IMG/VR virus record: IMGVR_UViG_3300033073_001109 | Coordinates: 18,197 to 82,196 of that record | Direction: 5' to 3' (one strand) | DNA: 64,000 nt | DNA from: a virus | Lineage: Duplodnaviria; Caudoviricetes | Shown: piece by piece, positions 46,122 to 55,082 of the stretch | Numbering within the stretch: position 1 is the first letter of the stretch | How the letters are laid out: the number at the start of each line of letters is the position of its first letter | The notes under the pieces: generated by a model | Told to the model about the DNA's origin: nothing | The model's database searches: none | Seen by the model: only the letters and a program-made list of their open reading frames with translations | Made by a program: the position numbers and the translations under genes

Positions 46122-48010
46122 TGTATCTACTAGAAGGCGGTAATGTATTCAAGGACAAAGACGGCAATCCCTTGACACAGCGCATCAACCAAGCCGATGT
46201 ACCCGCTACCATAGCATGGGTAGAAAAAGTCACAGGCATAGAATTCCCACAAGAACGCTGGCTAGGTTCCACCGGGCGTAAAGCAACGTCAGGTGATCTG
46301 GATCTTGCAGTGGATGTTAATGAAGTGTCCAAAGATGCACTGGCAGCACACCTAACAGATTTTATTACCCAGCACAAACTAGATCCACGTGAATGGGTAC
46401 GCAAAGGTGGTGAAGTACATCTACGCACACCCATTGGCGGAGATCCTAACCGTGGTTATGTGCAAACAGACTTTATGTTTTTTCCTAATTTAGACTGGGG
46501 CACGTTCTACTATGGCGGTGCTGAAGGGTCTGCTTACAAAGGCATGAATCGCAATGTGCTGATGTCTAGCATGGCCAAACACCATGGACTAAAAATTGGA
46601 GCCAATGGAGTAATCAGTCGTCAAACCAATCAAGTTGTTTCAATGGATCCTGACCAAACCGCAGAGTGGTTGTTGGGCCCGGGCTTCACCAGAGAGAACC
46701 TCAAAAACGTTGAAAGCATTTACAATGCCTTGGCCAATAATCCCAACAAAGATGCCATGCTCACAGATTTTCGCGAATACCTGAAGCGTGAAGGATTAGA
46801 AGAGCCTAACTTAAAAGAAAGCGAAACCAGTTTTATGGCTCGCTTGCGTGATCGTATTGTTAACCAAGGCATGGTTGCACTGGTAGAAGCAGAACAAGGC
46901 GGCGTGGGCGGTAGAGCCAAGGGCATTGAGCACTTGGAAGATCTGGTGTTTCGTTACGGTCCCGAAGGCATTGCACAGGCATTGAAAATTGTATCACACA
47001 TGGAATCTACACCAGGTGTTACCACTGCCAAATGGGATGGCAAGCCTGCGGTGATCTGGGGCCGTAAACCTTCGACAGGAGAATTTGTGCTCACAGACGG
47101 GTCAGGGTTTGATGCCAAAGGCTACGATGGCCTTGCTACCAGCCCTGAAATGATGGCACAGATACAAAATCGTCGCGGCGAAAACCGTGAAGGTTTGATC
47201 AACATATACCGACGTTTGTGGCCAGTGCTGGAAGCCAGTTTACCCGAAGGATTCCGCGGTTACGTCAAAGGTGATTTGTTGTACATGGAACAACCGCCTG
47301 TGGAAGCAGGAAACTTTGTGTTTCAGCCCAATACTACTTTGTATCGTATTCCAGTAAAGAGTCCCTTGGGACAAAGAATTTCCAATTCAGACATGGGCAT
47401 TGCTGTTCACTCAATGTATGCCGACCAAGGCTCTGAACGCCAGCCGCTGAGTCGTGTTACATTCAATCAAGTTCCCGGCTTGATGTTGGAGCGCCCGGCT
47501 ACCCCAAGGGATATAAAAGCCGACCCCGAAATAGTAAAAAGTCTAGCAAGATTGGTTCGTGCCGAAGGACCCAAGATGAAAATCTTGTTCAACCCTGCAG
47601 AACTGAGATCACAACAGATCACAGACTTGTTTAAGTTAGCAGTGGATTTTATCAATACCAAAGTTGGTGCACCGTTGCCCTCAGCAAGTCAACTGCTGGC
47701 AGAATTTGGAGATTGGCTAAAAACACGAGTTACGCCACGCAAGTTTATGAATATTGTAGAATATCTAAACAGTCCAGCATCCAACACAGAAGCCATGGCC
47801 GCTGCCTTTTTGGCGTTTGAACTGTTGCACGAACTTAAAATGCAACTCAAAGGCCAAGCAGATGTACAATTTCCTGGACAAGAAGGATGGGTCATGGCTA
47901 CGCCGGATGGCTATGCCAAGCTAGTGGGCCGGTTTGAGCCTGAAGCATTTGCAGCCCTGAATAGGCAGAGAAACAACCCTCAACAGGTAAAAAATCAGCC
48001 AAACGGCTAA
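46118..48010 (+). CDS. Fusion of a Pol-beta-like nucleotidyltransferase domain and a KxDG ligase-like domain
   Basis: GS-x8-DLD plus QTDF; then HLEDL, TAKWDGKPA, KGDLLY, FQPNT. Confidence 0.65.
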   Translation: MMYLLEGGNVFKDKDGNPLTQRINQADVPATIAWVEKVTGIEFPQERWLGSTGRKATSGDLDLAVDVNEVSKDALAAHLTDFITQHKLDPREWVRKGGEVHLRTPIGGDPNRGYVQTDFMFFPNLDWGTFYYGGAEGSAYKGMNRNVLMSSMAKHHGLKIGANGVISRQTNQVVSMDPDQTAEWLLGPGFTRENLKNVESIYNALANNPNKDAMLTDFREYLKREGLEEPNLKESETSFMARLRDRIVNQGMVALVEAEQGGVGGRAKGIEHLEDLVFRYGPEGIAQALKIVSHMESTPGVTTAKWDGKPAVIWGRKPSTGEFVLTDGSGFDAKGYDGLATSPEMMAQIQNRRGENREGLINIYRRLWPVLEASLPEGFRGYVKGDLLYMEQPPVEAGNFVFQPNTTLYRIPVKSPLGQRISNSDMGIAVHSMYADQGSERQPLSRVTFNQVPGLMLERPATPRDIKADPEIVKSLARLVRAEGPKMKILFNPAELRSQQITDLFKLAVDFINTKVGAPLPSASQLLAEFGDWLKTRVTPRKFMNIVEYLNSPASNTEAMAAAFLAFELLHELKMQLKGQADVQFPGQEGWVMATPDGYAKLVGRFEPEAFAALNRQRNNPQQVKNQPNG

Positions 48011-48053
48011 ATAAAAGCAGGTCCACTGAGGCCACATATTAAGGAGAAATAAA

Positions 48054-48491
48054 ATGGCAGTTTTTACAAAAACAAATGGTACAACCCAACCAGTATTTGC
48101 AATGGACGTTGCAAATGGTAGCATTGCTGGCACAGCCAACATCGCTGCTCAAGGTCCAGTTAACTTGGCAGGCCCTGGCTTAGATTTCTTTGCTTTGACA
48201 GCAAATGCAAGTTTGGCCACTTCTGGCAACGTTAACGGTTACATCAACAACATCATCCAGGCTGTGCAGTCTGGTGCTGGTATCACCAACGGTGGCGCCG
48301 GCGGTACTATTGCTATGTACCAAGTTACACCTAGCGCACCTGCTGTGTTGAACATCGCTATCTATCCACGCGGTGCTTATACCACAGCCACCCTAGTTGC
48401 CGCTGCTCAAACAGCTAATGCAACTGGCGGTCAGAACATTGGCATTCCAACAGCCAACGTTGCTGGTGCTGCTACATTCACCAACGTTTAA
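48054..48491 (+). CDS. Ala/Gly-rich structural protein, probably abundant
   Basis: Own TAAATA (48008), AAGGAG RBS and terminator. Confidence 0.75.
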   Translation: MAVFTKTNGTTQPVFAMDVANGSIAGTANIAAQGPVNLAGPGLDFFALTANASLATSGNVNGYINNIIQAVQSGAGITNGGAGGTIAMYQVTPSAPAVLNIAIYPRGAYTTATLVAAAQTANATGGQNIGIPTANVAGAATFTNV

Positions 48492-48513
48492 TTTTTAAAC
48501 TTACCGTGACATC

Positions 48514-48544
48514 AACCCCGGACAAAAATCCGGGGTTTTTGTTT
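48514..48544 (+). terminator. Intrinsic terminator
   Basis: AACCCCGGA-caaaaa-TCCGGGGTT followed by TTTGTTT. Confidence 0.88.
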
Positions 48545-48564
48545 GGCCGTTAAATAAGCACATA

Positions 48565-48999
48565 ATGAAAATTCGAGTGCGCACCTTATTTGATTGCAGT
48601 CCCACTGGCGTAACTGGCCATTTCCAACAGGGAAAATTGCCATTTGCTGATCGAACCGGTAGTCTCATACGCAATCAAGACGACTGGCATCGTGCCAGAA
48701 ACAAACAACGTAACTGGGAAACGCTGTTGCAAATCATTAGTTTGCGAGCACAGCCTGTGAACTTGTCTTCGGTCACAGTGGAAAACAGTACCTGGCAATT
48801 CACATTTGAAGTTGAAAGTGCAGGTGTGTATTCTGTAAACGAGGACGAAAATAATCTAGACAGTCTTTATCTAGATTGCCAAGGCGTGCCAATGATGACC
48901 AAACTAGACGAAAAAGACGATTCCGGAGTAGAACTCACTCCTGATAAAAACATTTGGTTTGAATCGATAAATATTGAATCGGATCAAAACCATGGTTGA
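48565..48999 (+). CDS. Hypothetical protein
   Basis: TAAATA at 48551; 144 aa. Confidence 0.7.
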   Translation: MKIRVRTLFDCSPTGVTGHFQQGKLPFADRTGSLIRNQDDWHRARNKQRNWETLLQIISLRAQPVNLSSVTVENSTWQFTFEVESAGVYSVNEDENNLDSLYLDCQGVPMMTKLDEKDDSGVELTPDKNIWFESINIESDQNHG

Positions 49000-49255
49000 A
49001 ACTACAGAAATAGAAAAGAAGAGTCTTGAAGCTCACGTTGAACTCTGTGCAGAACGTTACAAGTTTCTAGAACACAAACTTGCAGACGTACAAACAGATA
49101 TAACAGAAGTCAAAGACGCTGCTGTAAAAACACACCAATTGGTGTCTCGTTTGGCAGAAAAAAACAATGACCGTTTGATCGCCTGGGGCATTGGTATCAT
49201 TGGATGTTTAGTATCCACTGTTGCATACCTTGTGTTCCACTACGTGTTAAAATGA
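48992..49255 (+). CDS. Coiled-coil protein with a C-terminal TM helix
   Basis: Embedded TAAATA at 48968; LEAHVELCAERY; C-terminal hydrophobic segment. Confidence 0.7.
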   Translation: MVETTEIEKKSLEAHVELCAERYKFLEHKLADVQTDITEVKDAAVKTHQLVSRLAEKNNDRLIAWGIGIIGCLVSTVAYLVFHYVLK

Positions 49256-49737
49256 CCAAAGAACTTAAACTACAGCAATTTGCAGAACAAGAGTTTCGTC
49301 GCAACATGCACAATCTAATTGTGGAAGATGAAGACGGAAATGTATTGGTGTTTGGCAAATATCAAATAACTCAAGAAAACAATCAATGCACAGTGACTCC
49401 ATTTGCTGGCTATTCTTTGGAATTCAGCAACAAACGCACAGCCCTGAGTTGGTGTGTGGCCGACAATTTAAACCGACTGAAGTTGGCCAACAATATTCTA
49501 AGTTTAGATCGTAAAAAAAGCCTGTTACTGGCAGACATTTACTGTAGAAAAACTTTAGCAGACAGAAGTAAAAACCCAGACTTCAATGATTTAGTCAACA
49601 CAAAGTTACAAACCAAAATTTACAACTACAAGGCTGTAAATTCTGAATTAGAAAAATGTGTAAATTTGGCTAAATATCTACAAATAAAAGGATTCAACAA
49701 TGAAACTGCAAGAACTGGCCTCACCAAAGCCCACTAA
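49252..49737 (+). CDS. Hypothetical protein
   Basis: ATGA overlap; start set at 49252. Confidence 0.7.
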   Translation: MTKELKLQQFAEQEFRRNMHNLIVEDEDGNVLVFGKYQITQENNQCTVTPFAGYSLEFSNKRTALSWCVADNLNRLKLANNILSLDRKKSLLLADIYCRKTLADRSKNPDFNDLVNTKLQTKIYNYKAVNSELEKCVNLAKYLQIKGFNNETARTGLTKAH

Positions 49738-50626
49738 ACAAATCTCCAAAGTATTTGAAAGTTACTTTGGGAATCGCATTGGTTTTGACCAATTAACCAA
49801 CAGTCAAGCTCGAGTCATGCTGACTCGTGTTCGTGGACTGCTCAGTGAGCACCGCGGCACTGCCGACCGCCATTTCAGCGAGCGCAATCCTAGCTATTTG
49901 AAATTGGTTATGATGGAGCAGGCCCTGACCATGCGTGTCAAAGAGCAAACAGCTCAACAACAGCAGGCTCAGCAGGCTCAGCAGGGTCAGCAGGCTCAGC
50001 AGCCCAGCCCACAGCAACAAGCAGCCATGGTTGCTGGTCAGCAACAACAAAAACGTCGTCAAATTCAAGACATGATCAAAGCCAAGCAACGCGAAATTGC
50101 TGACTTGCAAAAAGCCATGTCAAACCCATTGGCCATGGCTGAAAGTCGCTTGCGCCGTCAGTTCCGTATGTTAAAAGAATCTGAAGTACAACAAGCTCAA
50201 GTGGTGTTGGCCGCTCAAGACATGGTAGACAAGATGCAGAGCATGTTGGAAGACACTACAGAACTGCAATTCAAAGAACTACCAGCCCTGGTAGACTCAA
50301 TCAAGAACCAAGTTGGAATAGATCAAGCACAGCAGTTCAACACTGACGCATCCGCTGCATTGGCTGGCTTGGTGCAGAATCTTCAAGGCGCCAAGCAACA
50401 GCTAGAGCAGGCTTTGGGTGTGGTCACTGGCCAATCACCTAGCCCAACCAGTGCCGGTGCTGACCTCGGTGCTGACCTCGGTGCTGACATCGGCGCTCAA
50501 GCAGGTGCTGACTTAGCAGCAGGTGCTGATGATCTAGACGACCTAGACGCAGCCGCAGACGCCGCTGCCGCAGACGCCGAAGAGCCCATGGGCAGCAAAG
50601 CCGCATTGGGTCGTGGTCGTAGATAA
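49700..50626 (+). CDS. Gln-rich coiled-coil putative head/core protein
   Basis: Embedded TAAATA at 49671; QQAQ and GADL repeats; MAE-S and LKE-S sites. Confidence 0.7.
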   Translation: MKLQELASPKPTKQISKVFESYFGNRIGFDQLTNSQARVMLTRVRGLLSEHRGTADRHFSERNPSYLKLVMMEQALTMRVKEQTAQQQQAQQAQQGQQAQQPSPQQQAAMVAGQQQQKRRQIQDMIKAKQREIADLQKAMSNPLAMAESRLRRQFRMLKESEVQQAQVVLAAQDMVDKMQSMLEDTTELQFKELPALVDSIKNQVGIDQAQQFNTDASAALAGLVQNLQGAKQQLEQALGVVTGQSPSPTSAGADLGADLGADIGAQAGADLAAGADDLDDLDAAADAAAADAEEPMGSKAALGRGRR

Positions 50627-50988
50627 TGAAAATTTTTGAAATAGCAGATGTTGGATCCACACAACCCGGTAGCCGAGATGAGCTACTGGGGTTGATGCAA
50701 TTTCTTGCTGGCCAAATTGAAGACACTGCTGGTCAAAAACAAATCCCCCAAGATGTTTTTATCAAAATGGCACACAGTTTGGGCATTAGCGTAACACGTC
50801 AAAACTTACCTCAGTTAACCATTCAAGATCCATTGAAAAATGTAGTTGAGCCATTGCAACCAGACAGCGAAGATCCTATTGTGCTCAAAGGCGGAGATCC
50901 TATCAATGTTACCATGCCTGTGAACAAAGCACAGGACATCGTGGCCGCAGCGGCCAAAAAAGCAGCGGCCAAAAATCGCGGCGTTTAA
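50626..50988 (+). CDS. Hypothetical protein
   Basis: TAATG coupling; MKIFEI N-terminus. Confidence 0.7.
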   Translation: MKIFEIADVGSTQPGSRDELLGLMQFLAGQIEDTAGQKQIPQDVFIKMAHSLGISVTRQNLPQLTIQDPLKNVVEPLQPDSEDPIVLKGGDPINVTMPVNKAQDIVAAAAKKAAAKNRGV

Positions 50989-51007
50989 TCTTTTGAGTCA
51001 GCCAAAG

Positions 51008-51037
51008 TTGACTGTACGGCGTTAAATATAGTACAAT
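51008..51037 (+). promoter_or_regulatory. Possible overlapping sigma70-like and late promoters
   Basis: TTGACT-N18-TACAAT with TAAATA at 51023. Confidence 0.45.
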
Positions 51038-51049
51038 CCACTATAGGAG

Positions 51050-51340
51050 ATGGCCATGAAACGAATCCTACTCATTTTAGCACTTGCTGCCAGTACCACT
51101 GCTTGGGCTCACGGCCCTGGACGTTATTACGGTGCTCCGCACCATCACGGCAGTAATTGGAATTGGGTAGCACCGGCTATTGTAACCGGTGCCGTTGTAT
51201 ACGGAATGACTAGACCAGCACCACAGCCTCAGGTGATTTATCTTCCTGCAGGTTACCCTCCACCTCCAGTGGGCTACAAATACGAACAAATACTAGACGC
51301 CAACTGCAACTGCTATCGTTGGGTATTGGTGCAAGGATAA
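51050..51340 (+). CDS. Exported Pro/His-rich small protein
   Basis: Signal peptide MKRILLILALAASTTAWA-H; PAPQPQVIY; C-terminal CNC. Confidence 0.7.
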   Translation: MAMKRILLILALAASTTAWAHGPGRYYGAPHHHGSNWNWVAPAIVTGAVVYGMTRPAPQPQVIYLPAGYPPPPVGYKYEQILDANCNCYRWVLVQG

Positions 51341-51343
51341 AAT

Positions 51344-51523
51344 ATGCGACACTACAAAGCCTGGGTACAGTATGTAAATGAAATTGGCCAAACTCGACAG
51401 TACGCAACCACAGTTGGTGCCGAAAATGAATTTGAAGCCGTTAATCGATTTCATGAAATATATGGTCCTGATTGTTTAATAGGGTGGATCAAAGAGGTAA
51501 AATTATATGGCCTACAGCGATAA
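51344..51523 (+). CDS. 59-aa protein (not in ORF track)
   Basis: AAGGA RBS; MRHYKAWVQY...; fills the gap before iscU. Confidence 0.55.
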   Translation: MRHYKAWVQYVNEIGQTRQYATTVGAENEFEAVNRFHEIYGPDCLIGWIKEVKLYGLQR

Positions 51524-51893
51524 AGTTATTGATCACTACGAAAACCCACGAAATGTGGGTAGCTTTGCCAAGGATGACGAAGATGTTGGAACTGGCATGG
51601 TTGGTGCGCCGGCCTGCGGCGACGTTATGAAACTTCAAATAAAGGTCAAAAATGGCATCATCGAAGACGCAAGGTTCAAAACCTACGGCTGCGGCAGTGC
51701 GATTGCCTCATCCTCTCTTGTTACCGAGTGGGTTAAAGGACGAACGCTTGACGAAGCCGCAGCTCTTAAAAATTCAGAGATTGCTGAAGAACTCGCATTG
51801 CCACCTGTCAAGATTCATTGTTCTATTCTTGCTGAAGATGCGATAAAGGCCGCTGTGGAAGATTATCGTAAAAAGCATGATCTCGCTCACTGA
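51507..51893 (+). CDS. iscU: Fe-S cluster scaffold IscU
   Basis: DHYENPRNVG, GAPACGDVM, TYGCGSAIASSS, LPPVKIHCS. Confidence 0.95.
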   Translation: MAYSDKVIDHYENPRNVGSFAKDDEDVGTGMVGAPACGDVMKLQIKVKNGIIEDARFKTYGCGSAIASSSLVTEWVKGRTLDEAAALKNSEIAEELALPPVKIHCSILAEDAIKAAVEDYRKKHDLAH

Positions 51894-52197
51894 TGCAGCC
51901 GCAAAGAAAATAACCCAAACACTACAACGCAGAGGTCGCGGAGTAGGAGTTCGCATTGGTGTTAAAACTACTGGTTGCTCTGGGCTTGCTTATGTGTTAG
52001 AATACGTAGATCAACCGCGAGCCGAGGATCAATGTTTGGATTGTTCTGGTTGTCAAATTTACGTTGATCCAAAAAGTTGTCCTTATTTGCAAGGTATGAC
52101 CATAGACTTTGTGCGTAATGGTTTAAATGAAGGCTTTGAATTTCGCAATCCCAATGAACGTGACCGTTGTGGTTGCGGAGAAAGTTTTAGAGTTTAA
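51877..52197 (+). CDS. iscA: A-type Fe-S carrier IscA
   Basis: TTGCSGLAY, NPNE, CGCGESF. Confidence 0.93.
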   Translation: MISLTDAAAKKITQTLQRRGRGVGVRIGVKTTGCSGLAYVLEYVDQPRAEDQCLDCSGCQIYVDPKSCPYLQGMTIDFVRNGLNEGFEFRNPNERDRCGCGESFRV

Positions 52198-52910
52198 TGA
52201 TTACCCAACGATACAATTACGAGCCGCTTAACCGCACAACGGTAGACGGCAAGCGACACTATTGCTTGCCCGACGGTAAAAAAGTACCTAGTGTTACTAC
52301 TATTTTAGATCGTACCAAGCCACAGGAAAAGCGCGAAGCCCTGGCCAAATGGAAAAAGGCTGTGGGCGAAGAACGAGCACAACAAATTACCACAGAAGCT
52401 GCCAATCGTGGCACCAGAATGCATGCCTACTTAGAAACTTATGTACTCAGTGGGGACATGAAAGACTTGCCCAATAACCCTTATGCACACCCCAGTTGGT
52501 TCATGGCTGCAGAAGTTATTTTGCAGGGTTTACAGCCCAACGTAACTGAATACTGGGGCACAGAAGTTCCTGTTTACTACTCGGGACTGTATGCCGGAAC
52601 CACAGACTTGATTGGTGTGTGGAAAGGCCGACCTGCTATCATGGACTTTAAACAAAGCAACAAGCCCAAAAAGCGCGAGTGGATCGAAGACTATTTCCTA
52701 CAGTTAGCGGCCTATGCAGCCGCACACAACGAAACACACGGTACAACCATTGACCAAGGAGTTATTTTAATGGCTGTACAACCCAAACAATTGCCTGATG
52801 GCAGTTACGAAAAACCCCAATATTTAGAATTTGTAGTAGAACCCAGAGAGTTCGCTTACTGGAGCGACGAGTGGATGAAACGTGTGGAGTTATACTATTT
52901 GACACGCTAA
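52197..52910 (+). CDS. PD-(D/E)XK exonuclease
   Basis: PSVTTIL, RGTRMH, YAGTTD, IMDFK, YFLQLAAY. Confidence 0.85.
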   Translation: MITQRYNYEPLNRTTVDGKRHYCLPDGKKVPSVTTILDRTKPQEKREALAKWKKAVGEERAQQITTEAANRGTRMHAYLETYVLSGDMKDLPNNPYAHPSWFMAAEVILQGLQPNVTEYWGTEVPVYYSGLYAGTTDLIGVWKGRPAIMDFKQSNKPKKREWIEDYFLQLAAYAAAHNETHGTTIDQGVILMAVQPKQLPDGSYEKPQYLEFVVEPREFAYWSDEWMKRVELYYLTR

Positions 52911-52936
52911 ATATGTGATCCAAGAGGAATCACACC

Positions 52937-54655
52937 GTGGCAATAGTACAAATATCACGCATTACTGCTCGCAAAGGGCTACAACAAGATTTACCCCAAC
53001 CTCTAGCCGGTGCAGAACTGGGCTGGAGCATAGACGAACGTAGACTGTTCATTGGCAACGGCACCACCGAAGAAGGTGCTCCTGCGCTGGGCAACACCGA
53101 AGTTCTCACAGAATATTCAGACATTCTTTCCTACGCCACACAATACACCTACCAAGGTGCAGCCGCAGGCTATGTGGTGCAGACTGGTGCCAGTTTAAAT
53201 TCTCCTGTAACACAGAGTTTACAAAATCGTCTTGACAGTTTTTGTGTTATCACTGATTTTGGTGCTGTAGGCGATGGTTCCACAGACTGTACCGAAGCCA
53301 TCAATCGTGCGTTGTATCAAATATACTGTCGAGAAGTAAACCCGCAGATACGCAGAGGTATTTTCTTCCCTGCTGGTGTTTACAAAGTCAGTGGCACACT
53401 GTTGATTCCTCCTTATGCTATGCTCTACGGCGAAGGTGGCGACAGCACTGTAATTGAGTTCGATGTACAACCTTGGACCAGTTTAACATACTGGCCTTAT
53501 GGAGTATTGGTATCCAACAGCGGCTCATACTATCGCAGTATCAACAACGGCGGAGCTCCTATTGGTACTGCTATTGGCAATGCAACTTATTGGCAGCTAG
53601 AAACACTACCGGCCTATGTGGCAAGAACCACTGACAGTTTGCAACAAACTGGAGTGAGCATCGGTGTCAACGGTGCTATTCCTCCGCAGGATATTGAAAT
53701 TGATAGCATGGGTTTTGCCACTACACAAATTCAAACTGGTGTATTGATTGATCGTGCTGTTAGAGTAACATTGCGCAATGTTCCCATAACAGGCCCGCTG
53801 ACTACCGCGGATCTAACCACCGATGTAGATGACACAAGAGCCGTGGACTTTGACAGCTCGGCCAGTTATGTAGGTTCACAGATTGTGTTTGATGCCTGTG
53901 CCTTTTCAGGATTTACCTGGGCAGTAAATTCACAAGAAGAACTGCGAGCCATCAGTTTCAACGCCTGTGAATATGACACATTGTACCAAGGCATATATCT
54001 TGGTGGTGCCAGCCCAGTCAACGGTGGACCCACTGGTGTGTGCATCTCACAAGGCTGCTTTGACAACATCTATGAACAAGGCATTGTGATTGACAGCGTG
54101 AGTCTAAACACCAGCACCAACAATGTGTTCTACGACGTAGGCAACCACTTCAATGGTGAGAGCTATCCGGCAACATCAATAATCTCTATCAACCAAGAAA
54201 ACAATGTTTCCATTGGAGACATGTTTGAACGCACAGCAACCAATGCTGCCATTTATCCTAGAATTGATCTACATTTATCTGCTAGCTATGCAATGACTAA
54301 CTCAGAAAAAATTGAGTTTGGCACTTATACTAGAGAAGTAGGTCAAACTGTGACCTTGGTAAACAACACCGCTAATCAAACGGTCTGCACCATTGACGCT
54401 ACTGCTGTGAGAGCAGTGCAAATTAATTACACAGTGACCAGAGATACCACAACTCGCACTGGCGTAATAACCTTGGTTGCTAGTACTGATGGTACAGGCG
54501 GAGACCTGTTGTCCAACGACAACGGATTTCAAAATGCCAGCACAGGCGTAACATTTTCGGCCAGCGAAACATCTAGCATAATTACTTTGAAAGCCAGCAC
54601 CACAAACACTGGTGTAGATGGTTTAATTAACTATTCGATCACACACTTAGCCTAA
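52937..54655 (+). CDS. Tailspike-like protein (Mtd-N-like head plus pectate-lyase-like beta-helix)
   Basis: TAAATA at 52908; GAELGWSIDERRLFIGNG; DFGAVGDGSTDCTEAINRAL; IFFPAGVYKV. Confidence 0.7.
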   Translation: MAIVQISRITARKGLQQDLPQPLAGAELGWSIDERRLFIGNGTTEEGAPALGNTEVLTEYSDILSYATQYTYQGAAAGYVVQTGASLNSPVTQSLQNRLDSFCVITDFGAVGDGSTDCTEAINRALYQIYCREVNPQIRRGIFFPAGVYKVSGTLLIPPYAMLYGEGGDSTVIEFDVQPWTSLTYWPYGVLVSNSGSYYRSINNGGAPIGTAIGNATYWQLETLPAYVARTTDSLQQTGVSIGVNGAIPPQDIEIDSMGFATTQIQTGVLIDRAVRVTLRNVPITGPLTTADLTTDVDDTRAVDFDSSASYVGSQIVFDACAFSGFTWAVNSQEELRAISFNACEYDTLYQGIYLGGASPVNGGPTGVCISQGCFDNIYEQGIVIDSVSLNTSTNNVFYDVGNHFNGESYPATSIISINQENNVSIGDMFERTATNAAIYPRIDLHLSASYAMTNSEKIEFGTYTREVGQTVTLVNNTANQTVCTIDATAVRAVQINYTVTRDTTTRTGVITLVASTDGTGGDLLSNDNGFQNASTGVTFSASETSSIITLKASTTNTGVDGLINYSITHLA

Positions 54656-55080
54656 TGTGGCCTAGAACTTTCCAAGAAAGGTTGGCTGCCTGGAATCAAC
54701 TCCGGCAGTCGGCCAACAATCTGCCTTTGGAACAATGCTTGCTAGAAATCAACCGCTGGTGGTTCCGAACTCCTTGGTGTGCTTACCATTTGCACTGGGA
54801 TGATCGAGCAACTTGGCCCGATCCTTGGCAATTATTATCTGACAATATATTCTGCTCTCTTGCTCGTGGGCTAGGAATCATGTATACTATCACTTTGCTA
54901 GACCGCGAAGATTTAATCGATGCTGTGCTGATCGACACCGGAACAGACAATTTAGTCCAAGTTGGCGGGGAGAAATATATACTGAATTGGGACTTGGGAG
55001 AGATAGTAAATATCAACCTAGGACAGTACAAAGTTCGACACAGCGTCGCACAAAGCGAAATAAAACAACAAATTAGGTAA
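54655..55080 (+). CDS. Hypothetical protein
   Basis: TAATG coupling; Trp-rich. Confidence 0.7.
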   Translation: MWPRTFQERLAAWNQLRQSANNLPLEQCLLEINRWWFRTPWCAYHLHWDDRATWPDPWQLLSDNIFCSLARGLGIMYTITLLDREDLIDAVLIDTGTDNLVQVGGEKYILNWDLGEIVNINLGQYKVRHSVAQSEIKQQIR

Positions 55081-55082
55081 CA

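Noticed and set aside
52197-52910. Cas4-like nuclease implying a CRISPR locus
   Set aside because: It lacks the four Fe-S cysteines of Cas4, and I saw no repeat-spacer array or other cas gene
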